Shown one piece after another: positions 7,437 through 16,031 of a stretch of 24,000 nucleotides of DNA. The stretch is from Candidatus Aquidulcis sp. Lineage in GTDB: Bacteria > Chloroflexota > Anaerolineae > UBA4142. The position numbers and the translations under genes are program-made. Where the stretch lies: NCBI GenBank assembly GCA_020723345.1, contig DYJA01000022.1, positions 29,308 to 53,307 on the forward strand, written 5' to 3'. The notes beneath the pieces are model-generated. The model saw only the letters and a program-made list of their open reading frames with translations, was not told the DNA's origin and did not search any database. Positions within the stretch are counted from its first letter, which is position 1. Each line of letters begins with the position of its first letter.

Positions 7437-7718
7437 ATGGCAACTCGGTTTATTCTGAGCGACTATGTTGAGCGTGCAATGGCAAACGCGGTGTACGACA
7501 AACTGGAAGATGGCACTTTTGCGGGACGGATTCCGCAATGCAAGGGCGTCGTCGCTTTTGCTCCGAGTTTGCGAAAGTGTGAAGCCGAGTTACGCTCGAC
7601 ATTAGAGGATTGGATTTTTGTCGGGCTCAAATTGGGGCATCGGTTACCCATCTTGGGTGGTATCAATCTGAACAAGGAGCCGAACCATGCGCGGATGGTC
7701 GCCCATCAAGCGGCGTGA
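7437..7718 (+). CDS. hicB: HicB-like antitoxin (UPF0150 fold, no obvious DNA-binding tail)
   Basis: 93 aa. LEDGTFAGRIPQCKGVVAFAPSLRKCEAELRSTLEDWIFVGLKLGHRLP fits the HicB N-domain pattern. SD AAGGAAG lies before ATG 7437. It is paired with a HicA-like ORF. Confidence 0.7.
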   Translation: MATRFILSDYVERAMANAVYDKLEDGTFAGRIPQCKGVVAFAPSLRKCEAELRSTLEDWIFVGLKLGHRLPILGGINLNKEPNHARMVAHQAA

Positions 7719-7917
7719 ATTTATCAGGCGCGTGCGCATGCTCGGCTTTGAAGGTCCAATTTCGGGCACGCGCCACCAGTTTGTGGTATATCGGCAACAG
7801 CGTCTGGCGATTCCTTCCAATGCAGAGTATTCTGTAGCGCAATTACGGATGATGATTCGCGAAGTTGAGGAAATAATCGGGCGCAAGATTTCGGTAGACG
7901 AATGGGTTGAGTTGTGA
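7687..7917 (+). CDS. hicA: HicA-like mRNA interferase toxin
   Basis: 76 aa. IKRREFIRRVRMLGFEGPISGTRHQFVVYRQQRLAIPSN...VAQLRMMIREV matches the YcfA/HicA dsRBD-like pattern, including the His. Strong SD AAGGAG (7673-7678). It overlaps the hicB 3' end by 32 nt. Confidence 0.7.
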   Translation: MRGWSPIKRREFIRRVRMLGFEGPISGTRHQFVVYRQQRLAIPSNAEYSVAQLRMMIREVEEIIGRKISVDEWVEL

Positions 7918-7927
7918 GGTTGGCGCA

Positions 7928-8329
7928 GTGAAAATCAGTCTCGTTCATCCGCATCGCGTCACGCGCGAGGTGTTGGTTCGCACGCTCGCGACTCGGTTGG
8001 ACGCGACCGTGATTGATTTTTCTTGCCTCGAAGACTTGCTGGGTTCTTCGATGGATTATGATGTGTTCGTGCTGTACAACATTTTCGGACGCGAGAAAAT
8101 GGATCGCTGGGAAGGCGTCAAGTGGATCCGCTTTAAGAAACCCGCGGCGCTGATCATCTCGATGGTACACCATCGTTTCTTCGATCACCGATTTTCCGCG
8201 CCGGGCGGAGATGCCGTTCTCTTGCGCGTGAGTAACGAAACCGAGGGTTTGATCAAACTGATCCAACAAGGACACACAGCCAAATCCTTTATTCTGGTCT
8301 CCGGGATGATCGATAAACCGCCCGCTTAA
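7928..8329 (+). CDS. degenerate receiver (REC)-like single-domain protein
   Basis: An alternating beta/alpha pattern resembles CheY (KISLVHPH / ATVIDFS / YDVFVLYNIFG / AALIISMV / AVLLRV), but the acidic pocket and phospho-acceptor Asp positions are substituted. GTG 7928 has a GAGGT SD (7915-7919). The ORF-track TTG start at 7907 is the alternative. Confidence 0.5.
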   Translation: MKISLVHPHRVTREVLVRTLATRLDATVIDFSCLEDLLGSSMDYDVFVLYNIFGREKMDRWEGVKWIRFKKPAALIISMVHHRFFDHRFSAPGGDAVLLRVSNETEGLIKLIQQGHTAKSFILVSGMIDKPPA

Positions 8330-8347
8330 CGATGGCGCAGAAAAATC

Positions 8348-8380
8348 AACCCCGTCAGGCGTAAATGACCTGACGGGGTT
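8348..8380. terminator. bidirectional intrinsic terminator between convergent genes
   Basis: 12-bp stem AACCCCGTCAGG (8348-8359) / CCTGACGGGGTT (8369-8380) with a 9-nt loop. An A-run lies upstream (AGAAAAATC) and T-rich sequence lies downstream, so a U-tract follows the hairpin on either strand. Confidence 0.75.
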
Positions 8381-8390
8381 TCATTCACGG

Positions 8391-10091
8391 TTACTCCGTT
8401 TCCCGCTGGATAATGCGCTGCAAAATCGCCAGCGTCGTCGCGTACGTCGGATCCATGCCAAAGTACGACGGATGCACCGCGCCGAGATTTTTGCCTTTGC
8501 TGTACGGCGTGTCCGACGCATAGTGCAGGAAACCGAAATCGAAATCGCTCTGATACAACCGGACGATCTCGTTCACCGGAAAACGTTTAGGGAAAATCAT
8601 TTCGTAGATTGCCGAAAGGTACGGTCCCGCCTCCATTTCGATGTCGGTATATCCTTCGCGATAAAACAATTCCATGAATTTTTCGTTTTGCAGGAACGTT
8701 CCCTTGACGGTAATCGCTTTTTGATTATCGAGCACCGAGCCGTACGTCAGATACGGCTCGACCGCGCGCGCGGTAAAACAGTTGTTGAACAGGTACGTGT
8801 TCTGCGAATGTTCGTCGTAGACGACGTTCGGAATGATCACATCGCCGACGCGTCCGTTCAGCGTCGCCGATTTGCCCAGCGAATAGAAACCTTTGATCTG
8901 ATCCATGTTGCGCGCGACTTCGGAGAGAATTTGGTACGCGGCGAGCCCGAGCGGATAGTCGATGTTGAAAATGATCGCGCGGCTCGCGCGCAAGCGCGCC
9001 AAGCGTTCGCGCGGCAGGCGCGGATCGAGCCGCTCCGGGATCAGCCGGTCGAGTTCGATGATCTGCGCGTCCACGTCCAAGTAGCGTTCGCTCGAAAAAT
9101 GCGTCAGCCCGACTTCGCGTTCGGCGCGCGCTTTCTCATCCGCCGCGGACGCGTTTTCGGGATCGGCGCAGTATTTTTTCAGGACGTAGTACAAGAAATT
9201 CTCTTTGCGGCTTTTCACCGCTTCGGCTTGAATGGCTTGATACTCGCGCGTCAAATTCTCGTGCCGAATATCGTGAATGTACTGGATCAATTCACGTTCG
9301 TGCGCGTGCGCGTAACCCGAAATCAGGTTCGCCAGACTGTGCGTGTTGCTCGAAATGAAATAGACCGGGCGACCGTCGAGCAAGCGCGCCGCATCTCGCT
9401 CGATATTGTTCCACCAATGCCGCGTCGCCTTGCGATAATCCAGGAGCGATCCGGCGAGCAGGCGCAGCGCGAATTGTTTCGTCGTCGCGCCAATCATTTG
9501 CAGATTGGCGACCAGGTGGCTGCCCCAAATATTTTCCAGCGTTCCCAGATCGGACATGCTGAGGCGCAGGATGCGCGCCAACTCCTCGCGCGCGGCGGAA
9601 TCGAGCGGCACATCGCCGGGAATGTGGGCGATGCCGCCCGCGTGCACGATCAGATCGCGCAGCTTGTTCCATTCAATTTCGTACGCGGTCAGAATCGGGA
9701 TCAAGTCGTCGATGTCGGACGCGCTCGCGATGAACGCAGCCAGCGTCGCGTCGCCGTCGAAAAACATTTTGCGCCGCCGTCCCGCCGCGCTGACGGTTTG
9801 CCAATGCTCGACGTCCGGATAGCTCGCCTTGTCGAACACTTCGTCCGACTGTCCCAACAAAATATGCTGCACCTGCTTGATGCAGTCGGGCAAACGCAGC
9901 GTGGCGTAGACGAACGCGGCGAGGTCGGGATATTCCGCGCGCGCGTTCAAGTGCAGCGACGAATCCATTTGCGTGTGCGTTTCGATCAACGACTTGATTT
10001 GGATTTCGCCGCTCGACCGCAAAAGCGAATAGTACGTCCGCATGTATAATTCAATATCTTCATTCGCCGATGAGGGAATGCCGCGATCCAT
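8391..10091 (-). CDS. 566-aa protein: uncharacterised ~370-aa N-terminal region + C-terminal PNP/UDP-1 (nucleoside phosphorylase / AMP nucleosidase-like) domain
   Basis: Clean ORF with a GGAGGA SD before ATG 10091. The C-terminal motifs IFNIDYPLGLAA, LGKSATLNGRVGDVIIPN, DIEMEAGPYL and HYASDTPY follow the order and spacing of the phosphorylase-superfamily fold (by-eye call). The N-terminal part matches nothing I recognise. Confidence 0.75.
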   Translation of the reverse strand: MDRGIPSSANEDIELYMRTYYSLLRSSGEIQIKSLIETHTQMDSSLHLNARAEYPDLAAFVYATLRLPDCIKQVQHILLGQSDEVFDKASYPDVEHWQTVSAAGRRRKMFFDGDATLAAFIASASDIDDLIPILTAYEIEWNKLRDLIVHAGGIAHIPGDVPLDSAAREELARILRLSMSDLGTLENIWGSHLVANLQMIGATTKQFALRLLAGSLLDYRKATRHWWNNIERDAARLLDGRPVYFISSNTHSLANLISGYAHAHERELIQYIHDIRHENLTREYQAIQAEAVKSRKENFLYYVLKKYCADPENASAADEKARAEREVGLTHFSSERYLDVDAQIIELDRLIPERLDPRLPRERLARLRASRAIIFNIDYPLGLAAYQILSEVARNMDQIKGFYSLGKSATLNGRVGDVIIPNVVYDEHSQNTYLFNNCFTARAVEPYLTYGSVLDNQKAITVKGTFLQNEKFMELFYREGYTDIEMEAGPYLSAIYEMIFPKRFPVNEIVRLYQSDFDFGFLHYASDTPYSKGKNLGAVHPSYFGMDPTYATTLAILQRIIQRETE

Positions 10092-10101
10092 AAATCCTCC
10101 G

Positions 10102-10812
10102 TCAAATCTTCCCTTTCAAAATTCCATACAACCACGTCGGCTCGCCGGTAACGCGCGTGACGTAATACCATACCAGCGCGAACGCTTCACGCGCGGTGTA
10201 CTGCGCGCGCAGATTCGCGCGCGCGTACGTCGGACTGTCGCTCGCGCCGGAGCCATACGCTTCGATTCCCACGTCGCGCGCGATGATTTCGGCGCGATAG
10301 AGGTGAAACGGATCACTGACGATGATCGCGCTGCGCCAGCCGCGCGCGTCCATCAACCTTTTCGCGTTCGTCAGACTCGCTTCCGTCGAATGCGATTGGT
10401 CTTCGAGCACGAGCGCGTCTGCCGGGACGCCTGCGCCAGTAGCAATGCGCCGCATCACTTCGGCTTCGCTCGGCGGATTGCCGCCGACGCCGCCGCACAA
10501 AATCAGATGCGCCGCATAACCCGCTTGGTACAACGCGATCGCGTGCTGCGTCCGCGCCAACAACGACGGCGAGGGACGCTCGTTTGCCCACACCGCCGAA
10601 CCCAGTACGATGATCGCGTCGGCGCGGCGCGCGCGGTCGATTTGCGAACGCGCGTCGACGCGCGCGTACAAGATTGCCAGCACTGCGAGAACAAGCGCAA
10701 ACGCGCCCCACGCGAGCATCACCCATTTCCGCTTACGCCTACCGTTCACTGTTGACTGTTCACCGTTCACTGTTGACCGTTCACCGTTCACGGTTGACTG
10801 TTCACCGTTCAC
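10102..10812 (-). CDS. DUF218 / YdcF-ElyC-SanA family membrane-anchored protein
   Basis: RRKRKW + TM (VMLAWGAFALVLAVLAILY), then ADAIIVLGSAV, LILCGGVG, SHSTEASL and IIVSDPFHLYRA (DUF218 pattern). The first ~25 codons of the ORF-track model (GTG 10812) are the heptamer array, so the true start may be ATG 10719. The stop is 10 nt from the next gene, so the two probably form an operon. Confidence 0.8.
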   Translation of the reverse strand: MNGEQSTVNGERSTVNGEQSTVNGRRKRKWVMLAWGAFALVLAVLAILYARVDARSQIDRARRADAIIVLGSAVWANERPSPSLLARTQHAIALYQAGYAAHLILCGGVGGNPPSEAEVMRRIATGAGVPADALVLEDQSHSTEASLTNAKRLMDARGWRSAIIVSDPFHLYRAEIIARDVGIEAYGSGASDSPTYARANLRAQYTAREAFALVWYYVTRVTGEPTWLYGILKGKI

Positions 10813-10849
10813 CGTTCACGGTTGACTGTTCACCGTTCACGGTTCACTG
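10738..10849. repeat. 16-unit direct heptamer array (TTCACCG / TTGACTG variants)
   Basis: cctaccg ttcactg ttgactg ttcaccg ttcactg ttgaccg ttcaccg ttcacgg ttgactg ttcaccg ttcaccg ttcacgg ttgactg ttcaccg ttcacgg ttcactg. All units have one orientation, with no spacers. On the minus strand it reads MNGEQSTVNGERSTVNGEQSTVNG. Confidence 0.92.
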
Positions 10850-10859
10850 CCTTTGCCCC

Positions 10860-10888
10860 ATCATACACCGGGCTTGACTGGGTGTCAA
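10860..10888 (-). promoter_or_regulatory. near-consensus promoter firing into the heptamer array and the DUF218 operon
   Basis: The minus strand reads TTGACA (complement of 10883-10888), 17 nt (cccagtcaagcccggtg), TATGAT (complement of 10860-10865). Confidence 0.65.
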
Positions 10889-10892
10889 ACGA

Positions 10893-10922
10893 TTTGCGCG
10901 ATTTTGAGGATTGTGCTATACT
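10893..10922 (+). promoter_or_regulatory. candidate nusA operon promoter
   Basis: TTTGCG (10893-10898), 18 nt, TGcTATACT (-10 hexamer 10917-10922). It sits back-to-back with the divergent promoter. Confidence 0.5.
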
Positions 10923-10953
10923 TGCCAGCGTAAACCTCCGCACGACCTTCTTC

Positions 10954-10985
10954 GAAAAGTGGGCATCCCCCACTTTTCTTGTTAT
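10954..10985 (+). terminator. terminator-like hairpin in the nusA leader (possible attenuator)
   Basis: 10-bp stem GAAAAGTGGG (10954-10963) / CCCACTTTTC (10969-10978), 5-nt loop, followed by TTGTTAT. It lies between the candidate promoter and the nusA start. Confidence 0.4.
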
Positions 10986-10996
10986 CAGGCGGAGTG

Positions 10997-11031
10997 AATT
11001 TGAGATTGGAGATTTGAGATTTCCAATCTCC
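10997..11031. repeat. heptamer hairpin element abutting the nusA SD
   Basis: aatttga gattgga gatttga gatttcc aatctcc. GGAGATT (11008-11014) pairs with AATCTCC (11025-11031). The SD AGAAGAGGA follows directly. Confidence 0.8.
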
Positions 11032-11046
11032 AGAAGAGGACCGCAC

Positions 11047-12588
<1,542 letters not shown>

Positions 12589-12782
12589 TCAATTGGGCAA
12601 CCAGGCAATCAGTGATCAGAGACTGATTGACTAGACTTTATCGGCAATAATTTTGGACACTGATAAACACAGATGCACACAGATTGAAAACCTAGAGATC
12701 AGTGTTAATCTGTGTCCAAATTCTAGATTGGGTTTATTTCCGATAATGTCTACTGATTGACCAATTGCCTGGTTGACTGATC
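12589..12782. repeat. composite palindromic element (heptamer-word arms + AT-rich structured core), MITE-like, filling the nusA-ylxR spacer
   Basis: Perfect 12-bp long-range inverted repeat CAACCAGGCAAT (12598-12609) / ATTGCCTGGTTG (12764-12775). Nested stems at 12638-12644/12740-12746, 12653-12660/12712-12719 and 12678-12685/12707-12714. Local hairpin 12606-12613/12622-12629. The core 12635-12750 is much more AT-rich than its surroundings. Confidence 0.8.
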
Positions 12783-12787
12783 GCGAG

Positions 12788-13108
12788 ATGGGCACCAAAC
12801 ATATCCCCCAACGCACCTGCATCGCTTGTCGGACGGTGCGCGGGAAAAGAGAATTGCTCCGCGTGGTGCGAACCGCGGAAAATCGTGTGGAAGCCGATCC
12901 GACCGGCAAACAAGCCGGGCGCGGCGCGTATCTCTGCCGCGCGCGTGAATGTTGGGAGACCGTGGTGAGCGCGCCCGGTCGTTTGGAAAACGCGCTCAAG
13001 TTGGAAATGCCGATCCGTCCGGAAGACCTCGCGCGCTTGCGCGAGTTTGCGGCGACACTGCCGTCGCGCGAACCAATGCTTGCAGTGCCACAAAACGAAA
13101 CACTATGA
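12788..13108 (+). CDS. ylxR: YlxR/DUF448 family RNA-binding protein
   Basis: QRTCIACRTVRGKRELLRVVRT...GRGAYLCRARECWE is the YlxR signature, and the position between nusA and infB is conserved. ATG 12788 is preferred; the in-frame start at 12773 lies in the repeat arm. Confidence 0.85.
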   Translation: MGTKHIPQRTCIACRTVRGKRELLRVVRTAENRVEADPTGKQAGRGAYLCRARECWETVVSAPGRLENALKLEMPIRPEDLARLREFAATLPSREPMLAVPQNETL

Positions 13109-13439
13109 ACGCAGTCGTTAACGGAATCGCGAATCCGCGTGGAACGCTGCGCGGAGATCGAGGAGAGTAAACCGATGAACGCTTGAGCGTGTCCATCGCG
13201 CATGCCCCGCGTTTGTGCCTCCTCTCTGCGCTTGCGATTGACCCATCAACCCGCTGGGTCGCTCGCCCTGTTCGATTCCTTCCGCGCGTTTTCCCGCGAC
13301 GATTGCCTCAACTGAATATTTTATCCAATCGCAACCCATCCTTGCGAAAGTTGACGCGCGGCATCGTCGATCCGCTTTTGAACCTGGCAAGGATGGATCC
13401 GAGCGCGCCTGGAAATGGGATTGGAAAGGAGAGTGTGCT

Positions 13440-15656
13440 ATGCCTGAGACGAAACCCGTGAGCAAGCGGGATGAATCGAAAAAAACAAAACCGAGTGAAA
13501 CCAAAACGACTGCCGCACCGGCGCACAAGCCCACGACGCCAAAGCCCGCGCATCCCGAACGCGCGGCGTCGTCTAAACCGATGCCCAAACCAGTCGCACC
13601 TTCGCCAGTGAAACCCGGCGCGCCAACCAGACCGACTCAACATCCCAGTTCGCACGGCGCGTCCGCACACAGACCGACTTCCCGTCCAGTGGCTCTCAGC
13701 GCGAAACCCGGCGCGCCGATGACACGACCAGCGGCACCGCGTCCCGGTGCACCTAGACACGGTATGCCCGTCGCCAAACCCGGCGCGGTTCCGGTGCGAC
13801 CGGCGACTCGCCCAGGTACGCCGCCGCGTCCCGCCGGGGTAGTTGCGCCCAGACCGGCGCCGGTTGCGCCGCCACCGCCGCCACCCAAGCCGCCCGTCGA
13901 ATTGCCGGACAATTTGACGGTGCGCGATCTCGCCGCCACGCTCAAAGTTGGACCGATCGACATCATCAAAAAATTGATGGCGAGCGGCATCATGGCGAAC
14001 ATCAATCAGCCGATTGATTTCGACACCGCCGCGCTCGTCGCGGGCGAACTCGGTTTTGAAGTGATCGAAAAAAAGCCGGAGATCGTCGAGCCGGAAGTTT
14101 CGACGCTGACGAGCATTCCAAAGAAACACGAGTACACGACAGCCGAACTCGCCAATCTCGTACTGCGTCCGCCGGTCGTCACCGTGATGGGACACGTCGA
14201 TCACGGCAAGACCTCGATCCTCGACGCGATCCGGCACGCCGACGTCGCGGGCGGCGAAGCCGGAGGCATCACGCAACACATCGGCGCGTACCAGATTTTG
14301 CACGATGCGAAACGCATCACCTTTCTCGATACGCCCGGGCACGAAGCGTTCACCGAAATGCGCGCGCGCGGCGCGCAAGCGACCGATATCGCGATCATCG
14401 TCATCGCGGCGGACGACGGCGTGATGCCGCAGACGCGCGAAGCGATTGATCACGCGCGCGCGGCGAAAGTACCGATCATCATCGCGCTGAACAAGATTGA
14501 CAAAGCGAACGCGAACCCCGAACGCGTCAAGCAGCAACTTTCGGACATGGGGCTGGCGGTGTACGGTGGCTCGGATGAAGTGACCGTCGTCCCGATGTCG
14601 GCGAAGCAAAAAATCGGCGTGGACGATCTGCTGGAAAATATTCTGCTCGTCTCGGAACTTGCCGATCTGCGCGCGAATCCGAAAAAGCCGGCGCGCGGCA
14701 TCGTCATCGAATCGAAACTCGACAAACAGCAAGGTCCAATGGCAACGCTGCTCGTGCAAGACGGTATGCTCCACGTCGGCGAGTTTGTTTTGATCGGCGG
14801 CGTGTGGGGCAAAATCCGCGCGATGTTCAACGATCACGGCGTCGCGGTCAAAGACGCGGGTCCCGCAGATCCGGTCGCGGTGACTGGTCTGTCCGACGTG
14901 CCGCCCGCGGGAGAAAAATTCGTCGTGCTGGAAGAGGAACGCGACGCGCGCAATCGCGCGGAAGCGCGCGCGCTGGCGAAACGCCAAGCGGAACAAAAAT
15001 CGACGCGCGCGGTTTCGCTCAACGATTTGTTCGCGCAATTCCAAGCCGGCAACGTCAAAGAACTCAATCTCATCGTCAAAGCCGACGTGCAAGGTTCGTT
15101 GGAACCGATTGTTTCGTCGCTCGAGAAACTGGGCTATGAAAAAATCAAAGTCAAGATCATCCATCAAGGCATCGGCACGATCACGCGGTCGGACGTGATG
15201 CTCGCGATGGCGTCACAAGGTATCGTGATCGGTTTTAGCGTCGGCGTCGAAACGGCGGCGGAATCGCTCGCCGAGAGCGAAGGGATTGACATTCGGCAGT
15301 ATAATATCATTTATAAATTGATCGAGGATATCGACAAGGCGCTCAAAGGGATGCTGGAGCCGGTGTTCGAAGATCGGCTGATCGGGCGCGGTCAAGTGCT
15401 GCAACTCTTCCGCGTGAAAAAGAGCGTCGTGGCGGGCTTGCGGATCACGCAGGGCAAAGCGGTCCGCAGCGGCACCGTGCGCGTGATGCGCGGCGCGAAC
15501 GAAGTGTTCAAGGGCACGATTGCCGCGCTCAAGCGTTTCCAGGACGACGTGCGCGAAGTCGCGGAAGGATACGAATGTGGCTTGTCGCTGGAGAAATTCA
15601 CCGATTTTCACGACGGCGATCAAGTCGAGTTTTATCAGAAAGTGAAAGTGAGTTGA
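13440..15656 (+). CDS. infB: translation initiation factor IF-2
   Basis: SD GGAAAGGAGAG before ATG 13440. Pro/Ala-rich N-terminus. GTPase motifs [22 protein letters not shown] and NKIDK. C-terminal domains follow to the stop at 15656. Confidence 0.97.
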   Translation: MPETKPVSKRDESKKTKPSETKTTAAPAHKPTTPKPAHPERAASSKPMPKPVAPSPVKPGAPTRPTQHPSSHGASAHRPTSRPVALSAKPGAPMTRPAAPRPGAPRHGMPVAKPGAVPVRPATRPGTPPRPAGVVAPRPAPVAPPPPPPKPPVELPDNLTVRDLAATLKVGPIDIIKKLMASGIMANINQPIDFDTAALVAGELGFEVIEKKPEIVEPEVSTLTSIPKKHEYTTAELANLVLRPPVVTVMGHVDHGKTSILDAIRHADVAGGEAGGITQHIGAYQILHDAKRITFLDTPGHEAFTEMRARGAQATDIAIIVIAADDGVMPQTREAIDHARAAKVPIIIALNKIDKANANPERVKQQLSDMGLAVYGGSDEVTVVPMSAKQKIGVDDLLENILLVSELADLRANPKKPARGIVIESKLDKQQGPMATLLVQDGMLHVGEFVLIGGVWGKIRAMFNDHGVAVKDAGPADPVAVTGLSDVPPAGEKFVVLEEERDARNRAEARALAKRQAEQKSTRAVSLNDLFAQFQAGNVKELNLIVKADVQGSLEPIVSSLEKLGYEKIKVKIIHQGIGTITRSDVMLAMASQGIVIGFSVGVETAAESLAESEGIDIRQYNIIYKLIEDIDKALKGMLEPVFEDRLIGRGQVLQLFRVKKSVVAGLRITQGKAVRSGTVRVMRGANEVFKGTIAALKRFQDDVREVAEGYECGLSLEKFTDFHDGDQVEFYQKVKVS

Positions 15657-15660
15657 GTAA

Positions 15661-16023
15661 ATGGCTGGTTACCGCGCCGCGCGCGCGAGCCAAAGAATCC
15701 AACAAGAGATCAGCACGCTGTTCGAGCGCGAGGTGAGCGACCCGCGCCTAGCGGACGTCAACGTGACGCACGTCGAGGTGAGCGGCGATTTGCGCGTCGC
15801 CAAGATTTTCGTCGCGCCGATCACCGGCGACGACGACGCGACGCGCGCGATGCTGGACGCGCTCGACCGCGCGACCGGTTTCTTCCGGCGTCGCATCGCG
15901 CAGAGTTTGGATTTGCGCATCGCGCCGGAGATCCGTTTTCTGCTGGATCGCTCCATCGAAAAAGGCGAACGCTTTCTCCGCGCGCTGGAGCAAGTGCGCG
16001 CGTCGGAACAGAGAGACGAATAA
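15661..16023 (+). CDS. rbfA: ribosome-binding factor A
   Basis: 120 aa. RIQQEISTLFEREVSDPRL...VTHVEVSGDLRVAKIFV fits RbfA, and the position after infB is conserved. Confidence 0.95.
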   Translation: MAGYRAARASQRIQQEISTLFEREVSDPRLADVNVTHVEVSGDLRVAKIFVAPITGDDDATRAMLDALDRATGFFRRRIAQSLDLRIAPEIRFLLDRSIEKGERFLRALEQVRASEQRDE

Positions 16024-16031
16024 CGTAAAAT

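Noticed and set aside
7928-10091. Detocs-like phosphorelay defence system (stand-alone receiver + PNP effector).
   Set aside because: No histidine kinase is present. The receiver-like protein lacks the acceptor Asp. The PNP-like protein has no receiver domain. The two genes are convergent and separated by a bidirectional terminator.
10738-10849. Possible CRISPR array or collagen-like coding repeat.
   Set aside because: The period is 7 bp with no spacers and no cas genes, so it is not CRISPR. The peptide reading (STVNGEQ)n is possible, but it has no SD and may be leader RNA. It is kept as a repeat, not as a protein domain.
10822-11046. 75-codon extension of the nusA ORF, or a hidden rimP.
   Set aside because: The extension runs through the heptamer array, both promoters and the leader hairpin and is not RimP-like. 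The GTG at 11047 has a good SD and the canonical NusA N-terminus.
13183-13461. 92-aa ORF in the ylxR-infB spacer as a degenerate L7Ae/YlxQ gene.
   Set aside because: Its composition is Pro/Arg/Leu-rich with no L7Ae-like motif, and it overlaps the infB SD and start. It is treated as non-coding.
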